From assembly GCA_016748015.1 (NCBI GenBank), contig JAAOMT010000202.1, positions 1-9,530 on the forward strand: a stretch of 9,530 nucleotides of DNA, given 5' to 3'. Below are positions 1-7,259 of this stretch, in pieces; within the stretch, counting starts at the first letter, position 1, and every line of letters begins with the position of its first letter. The notes under the pieces were generated by a model that saw only the letters and a program-made list of their open reading frames with translations, made no database searches and had not been told where the DNA came from. The DNA comes from Geosiphon pyriformis uo1 (taxonomy: Eukaryota > Fungi > Glomeromycota). The translations under genes and the position numbers were made by a program.

Positions 1-460
1 CCCCCCCCCCCCCACCCCCCCCCCCCCCCCCCCCCACCCCATCCTATGGGTACTGGGGACCCCTACTCTATGGTGCTCCTTTGTGGGGAGATAAGGGCTA
101 CATTTTTGTCTACTGCCCATAGGCTAGACACCCTACACTATGGGATATGGTTATACTTTTCTATGGGACCTTGGTGGGTATATGGGTCTACCCCCCCCAT
201 CCTATAGGCTCCTATGGGTACTATTGTCCTTGAGGGTCCATCCTGGCCTACGAGGTTGATGGGGTCCCCCTGTGCATATTTGGGGGACTTGGGGTCCCCC
301 CCCCTCAATCTGGATCGGCAATATGGTACTACTTCAGGGCTCAGGTTAGATTGGGGGCCTCTAGACTATATGGTGCTCCTACCACTACTTTAGGGCTAAG
401 TGGATCCAAATACCCTATTGCTCGGGGAGTGTTATTGGGCTCTCAGGATTTGGTGGTCTC
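1..460 (+). repeat. Terminal poly-C tract followed by degenerate low-complexity DNA
   Basis: An interrupted C run at 1-40 and C tracts at 191-198 and 296-304 are present, with CTATGGG and GGTACT words like the other background blocks. Confidence 0.65.
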
Positions 461-756
461 TATGGGTCTCAGGTCTGTTTGCTCTACCCTTACTGAATAT
501 TAGAGGGTTATTTGAGTAATCAAAGACTCTAGTGCCCCTATGGTAACAGGTCCCCTCCATAGGCACTCTTCGGCCAGCATCCCCTCATGAAGGCCTCAGG
601 GCCAATTTTGTCAGTAATACACGATCGCTATGACTATTACCTTCCCAGCCTTCTACGGTTGGAGGCGCCGTATACGGGAGAGTCCGAAGTACTCCTGCTT
701 GCTGAGATTCTCCACTGTATAATCCCCGAGCTGTTGGATTGAACATCTTACCAATA
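461..756 (-). pseudogene. Second mitovirus-like RdRp fragment (motif F to motif A region)
   Basis: The minus strand reads ...LSRIRRLQP*KAGKVIVIAIVYY*Q (KAGK...YY* at 611-652), resembling E.AGKVRVIAIVDYWTQ. The adjacent frame gives TKLALRP, followed by LH at 587-592, resembling Q..L.PLH. RRVPMEGTC (546-572) resembles R.IP.DGTF. YSVRVEQTDLRPI (461-499) resembles YSFDLSAATDRLPI and is in the same frame as the KAGKV motif. The upstream edge is a C10 tract at 757-766. Confidence 0.82.
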
Positions 757-1400
757 CCCCCCCCCCGAATCCAACCTCTTGGGATATGGCTCTGGTTTTA
801 TTGGTACCTTGGGATCCCCCCCACCCCCCCCCCCACCTACCTCTGGGGATCTCTAATGGTACCTCATTTTTGGGGGGTATTTGGTGGTCCTTTTTGTAGG
901 ATTTTTGGTATCCCAAAAGGGGTATCTGGTATCCATCACATCCTATGGTATATGGGCCCTCCATATGGCTCCGGTCTTGGGATCCCACTACATATTGGGT
1001 ATTGGGATACTATGGTGGGATATGGGTACTACCCTATGGTATATGAGGTATAGACGGGTATTGGGATACCACACATACTCTAGGCTCCGATCTAGTGGAT
1101 ATGGGGTGTCTATACGGTTGGGTATATGGGATACTACTAAATGGCTAAATTTTGGATACCCTTGTGGTTTTTGTCTAGGGCTCACATCCTTGTGTAATAT
1201 GGTGTATCCACCCTTGTTTTTGGTAGTATTGGGTGGTACCTCCGGTTGGGGACTTGGTTTTTGTATCTTTGTTGAATTTGTACCTCCTACCCTATGGTTG
1301 CTGCGTATATCCTGTTTGGGTAGTCTTGGCTATATGGTTGGGTATCTGGTACTATTTGGATCCATTGGTGTGGATACTTTGGATCTTATAGGGTACATTT
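757..1400 (+). repeat. Degenerate GGTA(C/T)C-type low-complexity DNA
   Basis: It uses the same word vocabulary as 6400-9530 (GGTACC, GGTATC, CTATGG, TTTTGG), with poly-C tracts at 757-766 and 816-834. Confidence 0.7.
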
Positions 1401-4370
1401 TGCTATGAGGGACCATTGGTGGAGACATGGGATCCACAAGGCTAGGTGGGATCAATAGAGGGATCCTTTGGATCCCCTGGGCTATGGGATCCATTAGGGG
1501 ATACATTTGTGTCCTCAGGGCTCCTCTATGGCTACATGGTAGATCCCCTGGGTGGATCCTTTGGGGTCCATGAGGGGAGATATGAGATAGATGGATCCTC
1601 TAGGATTCCTTGGGTATCTGGGACTATGAGATCCATTAGGGCTATGAGTATACTCTGGGCTGCTAAGGGTTAGATAGGTTAGATGAGATCCACTAGGGAT
1701 ATCTGGCTAGAGGGACTATGGGCTAAAGGGGGATCCACTAGGTTAGATTGGATACTTTGGATCCATTTTGTGGATGGGCTAAATGGGGATCCATTGGATA
1801 CATTGGTGTCCATTTGGTTAAATAGGCTAAAGGGGACTATATGGTTGGATGGGCTATGGGGATCCTATAGGGTGATGGGAAGGATGGGTGGATCCATTGG
1901 GGTTAGAGGGACCATTTGGCTATTAGGAGGATACATGGGTACATTGGGGACTCAATGGCTATTGGGGGATCCTCTAGTGATCCTTTGGTTAGATGGGTAC
2001 TATTAGGAGGATACATGGATCCTTTGGGATAGATGGTTAGAGGGACCCTTGCTCTATAGGGGATGGATGGCTCTAGAGGGTGGGATCTATAGGGAGAGGG
2101 TTAGATAGGGTTGAAGTGGATCCATTAGGGCTAAATGGGCTATTTAGGATCCATTGGTGGGTATCTGGTATAGGTGGTACTCTCTGGGTTCAATCTGGGA
2201 TCCTTGAGGTTTGATGGGATAGATGGCTACAAGGGCTATGAGGGCTATCTGGTATATCTGAGATCCATTAGGGGATCATTTGGATACCTTTGTTTGTCCA
2301 CGGGTTTAATGGGATGGATGTTGCAGATGGGGATCCTTTGGGACCCATTGGGGCAGAGGGCTAAATATGGGATCTATGGGACTATGAGAATACCCTGGGT
2401 CCATGAGGGTCCCTTTTGTAAAGGGCTACATGGTAGAGGTGTGGATGGATCCATTAGGGATCTATTAGGCGAGTGGTCTATGGTGGATATATGGTATCCT
2501 CTATGGGATATATGGGATATAGGTATCTATGGTGATGGATCCTCTGGAGATGGAGAGATATGGCTATTAGGGTTAGATGGAGATATATGGGGATGGTGTA
2601 ATCACTTAGTGGTATATGGATAGATGGTACTATGGTCCTCTATAGGGTCCCTTAGGGTTCTATGGATAGAGGAGATGCTCAATGGGGGATCTATTGGAGG
2701 GTCCATTGGTTTGTCCTCTAGTGGATAGATTGGATATCTGGGGTCCTCTAGAGGTGGGATATCCTCTATGAGGAGAGATGGATGGATACCTTGGGTACAT
2801 GGCTCTCTAGTGCTCAATAGGGTACATTTTGCTCAATAGGGGATCCATTTGGTATAGGTATATCTGAGATCCCCTGTTGGATACTTGGATACTTTGGATA
2901 CTCAATGGTAGAGATGGTTGGGCATGGTACTCTGCTAGGCTCTCTTTGGTCCATGAGGGCTCAATCTGGGACTATGGAGCTAGATGGGATAGATGGTAGA
3001 GATGAGGCTATAGAGGGTAGGATATGGCTATACAGATAAATGGGGATGGATCCCTGGCGGGTCCTCTATTAGATCCTCTAGGATCCTATACGGGCTTCTA
3101 GTGGTCATCGGCTCTACCTTGAGGCTCTGGGATCATTAGTTTTATCACTATGGGTCCATTGGGTGATCCTCAATGGGATCTAGGGATCCAACGGGACCCT
3201 GAGGGCTCTCTACTAGTGACCATTAGTGCTCCATATAGCTAAAGTTTGATATATGAGATCCACTAGGGACTCAGGGTTAAGGGGCTCCTGGGACTAGAGG
3301 TGTTAGAGGGACCATGAGGATCCATGAGGGCTAAAGTGCTCAATATGGAATCCTCTAGGGGTTAGGTAAGATGGATGGTATCTATAAGGGTTCAATAGGG
3401 CTCTAGTAGGCTAAATGGGCTATTTAGGGCTATGGGGATACACAGGTGTTGATATATTAGATCCACTATGGGGATGGATGGGCTACAGAGGGATCCCTTT
3501 GTATGGATGGCTATATGGTGATCCATCTGAGTTGGATGGTATCCTCTAGGGTATATGGGATCCATGGGTACCTTTTTAGACTTTGGATCACTTAGGGGAC
3601 TATGGCTCCTATCTAGTGGATGGGATCCTTTTGATCTATGGAGAGAGATGGCTCTATTTTGCTCAATATGGGGATCCACTAAGGTTTGATCTAGGAGGCT
3701 GACTATACTAGTATCCTCTAGTTATCCTATGGGGGACTAGATGGGCTACAATTGAGCTCAATGGGTAGAGATTAGATACTTTGGATATACTGGAGGATCC
3801 TTTTGATCACTATGGTGGATGGATGGGTTATATGGCTCAATAGGGACTATCTGGATACTTTGGATCCTTTGGGGCTAAATGGGCAGATGGGGGATCCTCG
3901 TATACTTTGGGTCCATTATGGGATCCCTTAGGTACTCAATGGTGGTTATATATTAGATCCACTTTGTTGGATGGTGGGATCTATTGGGTACATTGGGGGA
4001 TAAATGGCTCCATGTGATACACTGTGGTTGGATCTATTAGGGACGAGGGTTGGCTATGGGGATACTTTGGATCCATGGGCTATTTGGGATACTCTTGATC
4101 TATAGGGTCCTATTGGGCTATGGGACTATGAGATCCACTGGGTAGATGGTGGCATATTGGATCCCCTAGGCTATATGGGATATAGGGTATAGGCTCTATG
4201 GATGGATCCTCTAGTGATCCTTTGGGAGAGGGGGATCCTTTGGATCCTATGGGGACGGTTGGATGGATGGGTAGTGATGGGATCCGCAGGGCTATGGGAT
4301 ATAGGATACTTTGGATACATTAGGCTATCTTTTTGTTTATGTAAACATCTAAACCCTCTGTATGGATCCC
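1400..4370 (+). repeat. Degenerate GGATCC-rich low-complexity repeat domain
   Basis: A manual count gives roughly 35-40 GGATCC sites in about 3 kb and only about one GGTACC. Longer words recur: GGATACTTTGGAT (near 1372, 1750, 2888, 3854, 4060, 4304), GGCTAAATGGG (near 1777, 2129, 3409, 3873) and AGATCCACT (near 1686, 3256, 3459, 3955, 4131). No fixed period is visible. Confidence 0.85.
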
Positions 4371-4778
4371 TCACTTACCTGCTCCCATTATCGGGTATCT
4401 TGGCATATGGGATACCTCTTTGGGGTGTAGGAGAGGGGATATTTGGTTTTGAGATAGTTGGTTTGTATACCCCCCAATCCCGCATCACCCCCCCCCCAGG
4501 ATCCCCAACCCCTATACCCTTGTGCCCTGGTGTGGTATGGGCTACTTAAGGTTGATCCTGGGTCCAATGGGGATGGAATCATATTGATCCTCTCATTGGA
4601 TCTTTTGCTTTTGGATTGGGTTTGTACCCACGGGGTAGTCATTGGTGCTCTACTTTGTGCATCTAATGTTTGTGCCTATAAGTCTATTTTTGGGTATCAC
4701 AATCACTCTTGCTACTCTTGTAGTGGGATCTTGTTGGACCCACAAATGTTGGTAGATCCGGTGTGATACCCCCCCCCC

Positions 4779-4834
4779 CCGCAAGGCCGGGCCGAGGCCC
4801 CGTAGGCAGGGCCGTAGGCCAGGGGCCGGAGGCC
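4779..4834. repeat. GC cluster: array of short palindromic mini-hairpins
   Basis: CC-GCAA-GG (4779-4786), GGCC-GA-GGCC (4790-4799), CC-GTA-GG (4800-4806), GGCC-GTA-GGCC (4810-4820) and GGCC-GGA-GGCC (4824-4834) follow directly after a C12 tract (4769-4780). Confidence 0.8.
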
Positions 4835-4862
4835 ACCAACTCCCTCTGAAACACTTGTAAAC

Positions 4863-4925
4863 GGGGTCCTCCCTGGGGGAAGTGGGGGGCCCCAACCCCC
4901 CCCTTAGAGGGTAATCCGGGACCCT
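4863..4925. other. Potential multibranched stem-loop
   Basis: An outer inverted repeat GGGTCC (4864-4869) / GGACCC (4919-4924) encloses TCCC-TGG-GGGA, GGGGGG..CCCCCC and CCCT-TAG-AGGG pairings. Confidence 0.45.
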
Positions 4926-4929
4926 GGGC

Positions 4930-5159
4930 TCGTATCCCTTTCTCCACCTTTTGGCGGAGGACCCTCTGCCCTCAGTCAGTAGTATACAGGCGTGGGTACT
5001 TTGGCCCCATTTTTCTCGGGACCTTTTAACCCCTGGGGTCGCGGACCAATGCTCTATTTTAAGGGACGACCCATGGCAGGTCCTCAGAAGATGAGTTGTA
5101 CCACCAATGAGTAGTCATGGCCGGCCTCCTTGTCAAGGACCCCCCCCTTGTAGGCCTAC
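4930..5159 (-). other. Probable C-terminal or 3' portion of the endogenised viral sequence
   Basis: It has the same non-background composition and is contiguous with and downstream of motif D on the minus strand. No recognisable motif was found. Confidence 0.35.
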
Positions 5160-6012
5160 CTATTAAGAGTGGATAGCAAACCTTATTGGATTTATCTCCA
5201 CACCAACAGCTCGCCTTACCCAGGGTCCTATTAGGTTGGGGCGGGGACCCCCGAGAAGTATGAGTAGAGGGTCTACTACCTTATTAGTGAATGGCCCCCA
5301 CGCAAAAATGGCCTCCTTGAAGCTGGGTATACTTCCCTCTCTCCCTCCAAGGCCGGCCGCCCTCTGGAACCCTTCCTATCTGTGTCCGACTTTGAGGATA
5401 TTGGGATACCTAATTCTTCCATAAGGGCCAAATCATCTTTAGCTACTCTTTATGAGCAAATAACCACCAAATCCTCTCCTAGTACCCGGTAGTCGGCCAC
5501 AACTACCATGAGAGGGGGTTTATGCTTATTCGAGTACCATACCCTCGCTTGTAGAAATGCCCGGTACCGCTTGCCACTGGACCAGGCGGGCACAGGGAGT
5601 CTGGCGAATGATTCTAGTTGCACCCATTGGGGCCTTGGAGAGTACTTTACCACCTACGAGTCCTTTAACCTTGTTACCTGCCGTAAGACTTGGACGGTCC
5701 TATCCCACCATAGGGACCACGGGACCAATACCCTTAGTAGACCCCCCCCTTATTACTCTCTCTCTACATGATTAGGCGCAATACCAACTTACTTGCCTCC
5801 TCCCCAATATTGAACCCATAAGATACTCCCCCAAAAGGAAGTGATAGTACCTATTGCCGCTTAAATAGAAAAGCAGGCCAAATACACATTAGATTACCCC
5901 ACCTTATGAGTATTGGTGGTATTTGGCAGATATGTGGTCTCAGGGTCGGTTGGCTATACCCTTCCTGAATATAAGAGGGTTCCATTTGAGTTATCAAAGA
6001 CTATAGTGCCCC
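5160..6012 (-). pseudogene. Decayed mitovirus-like RNA-dependent RNA polymerase core (endogenous non-retroviral RNA virus element), motifs A-D region
   Basis: Manual minus-strand translation gives these segments in the correct order. A motif-A-like YS..TD/LRP lies at about 5935-5971. VKYS then PMGA (5619-5630) and, in frame with it, LVQW (5574-5585) resemble V.Y..GQPMGALSSW......HH..VQW. DYRVLGEDLVVI (5459-5494) resembles .Y.VLGDDIVI. After a TAA at 5450-5452, RVAKDDLALMEELGIPISSKS (5387-5449) resembles VA..YL.LM..LGV.IS..KS. After a further frameshift comes GSIPSFKE, similar to SPIPFKE. Stops, frameshifts and GDD->GED indicate a pseudogene. The consensus motifs are recalled from mitovirus RdRps and no search was run. 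Confidence 0.88.
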
Positions 6013-6018
6013 CCCCCC

Positions 6019-6400
6019 TTTGTGCCAGTAGTCGAGTACCTGACAAACTTGCGATTACTGTGCCCAATTTACTGCCACAAAGCAGTATCCTCACTCCCTA
6101 CAGGGACATTGGGGCCGATACCCTGTGAGCCCTGCCAATCCTACGGTCCCTCAAGAGTCGGAATCTTAGCTTACTAGTATACGCCCCCCCCCAGGAGGCT
6201 AATAACAACTCTACCAATACTAGGTCTGGTCGTGCTGCTTCAATGTAATAGCAGGCAAAGTTAGTTTCAGTGTAAGCCCCCCTTCTGCTGACTGGAGTAG
6301 CCGAGGCGGAGATAGGTACTCCACAGTAGGTGCTGACTCTAAGTATGGGTACATAATAGGCTACAAAATAAAGCTATTCCTTACTCAAGTGCCCCTAGTG
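6019..6400 (-). pseudogene. Probable N-terminal part of the same viral RdRp element (poorly conserved)
   Basis: This is non-repetitive, CpG-containing sequence contiguous with the RdRp core and positioned where the N-terminal domain would be. Protein cues are weak (TYCGVP, RVVISLL, STTGTKG) and scattered over frames with many stops. Confidence 0.4.
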
Positions 6401-6471
6401 CTCTATACGGTTGGCCCCCTACCCTATGGGATATGGGTATTCCAATAGGGGTATATGGGTATATGGTGATA

Positions 6472-6768
6472 CCTCTCCATCTGGGAATTTGGTACTATAC
6501 TCTGGGATCTGGTATTGGGCTCTATGGGTCTCCCAATCATCTGGGATCCTTGGTATAGAAATTGGGGATTTGGGTACCTTTTGGGACCACCAGCTAATGG
6601 TTGCTACCGGGTCTATTTTTGTATACCACACCACCTATGGCTATACCCTTTGTGGTAGTATTTTGGGATATATGGGTATCGTGGAATACTACTCTACTCT
6701 AGGCTACTCATGATACCCCCTTAATAGGCTCCCATTGCCAAATATTGGGTATGGGTACCCCCCCCCCC
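6472..6768 (+). repeat. 297-bp exact direct repeat, copy 1 (left of gap)
   Basis: It appears identical to 6963-7259 at an offset of 491, starting CCTCTCCATCTGGGAA and ending GGGTA-C11. The duplicated ORF translations agree. Confidence 0.95.
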
Positions 6769-6962
6769 NNNNNNNNNNNNNNNNNNNNNNNNNNNNNNNN
6801 NNNNNNNNNNNNNNNNNNNNNNNNNNNNNNNNNNNNNNNNNNNNNNNNNNNNNNNNNNNNNNNNNNNNNNNNNNNNNNNNNNNNNNNNNNNNNNNNNNNN
6901 NNNNNNNNNNNNNNNNNNNNNNNNNNNNNNNNNNNNNNNNNNNNNNNNNNNNNNNNNNNNNN
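6769..6962. other. Assembly gap (194 N)
   Basis: A run of N begins immediately after a poly-C tract. Confidence 0.99.
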
Positions 6963-7259
6963 CCTCTCCATCTGGGAATTTGGTACTATACTCTGGGATC
7001 TGGTATTGGGCTCTATGGGTCTCCCAATCATCTGGGATCCTTGGTATAGAAATTGGGGATTTGGGTACCTTTTGGGACCACCAGCTAATGGTTGCTACCG
7101 GGTCTATTTTTGTATACCACACCACCTATGGCTATACCCTTTGTGGTAGTATTTTGGGATATATGGGTATCGTGGAATACTACTCTACTCTAGGCTACTC
7201 ATGATACCCCCTTAATAGGCTCCCATTGCCAAATATTGGGTATGGGTACCCCCCCCCCC
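6963..7259 (+). repeat. 297-bp exact direct repeat, copy 2 (right of gap)
   Basis: It appears identical to 6472-6768 and begins exactly at the end of the N run. Confidence 0.95.

Noticed and set aside
510-524. FDYSN (and FDNSNG in the other copy) as RdRp motif A
   Set aside because: It lies too close to the GT motif. The downstream YS..TDLRPI fits the expected spacing better, though both are degenerate.
2589-2600. GGGGATGGTGTA, one mismatch from the kinetoplast minicircle CSB-3 (GGGGTTGGTGTA)
   Set aside because: No CSB-1 or CSB-2 is seen at the expected upstream spacing, and a near-match is likely by chance in G/T-rich DNA.
1400-4370. CRISPR array or regular tandem satellite
   Set aside because: There is no constant-length repeat with unique spacers and no visible fixed period.
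739-4549. Many ORFs rich in G/W/L/Y/I (+ strand) or P/I/S/H (- strand), up to 175 aa
   Set aside because: Their composition simply mirrors the G/T-skewed repeat words. They overlap in multiple frames and show no recognisable domain.
5182-5212. AVGVEINPIR on the minus strand as a second motif D (LGVEIN..KS)
   Set aside because: No GDD-like motif precedes it and a better motif D exists at 5387-5449, so it is probably coincidental.
461-6400. Functional split, trans-spliced or RNA-edited RdRp gene (diplonemid-style modules)
   Set aside because: The pieces overlap with divergence and contain many frameshifts. The stop at 653-655 sits at a consensus Glu position that C/U editing cannot restore, and GDD is altered. 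Neutral decay is the simpler explanation.
4770-6400. rRNA or tRNA genes in the higher-complexity island
   Set aside because: I recognised no conserved rRNA signature or cloverleaf, and the protein-level RdRp motifs explain the region.
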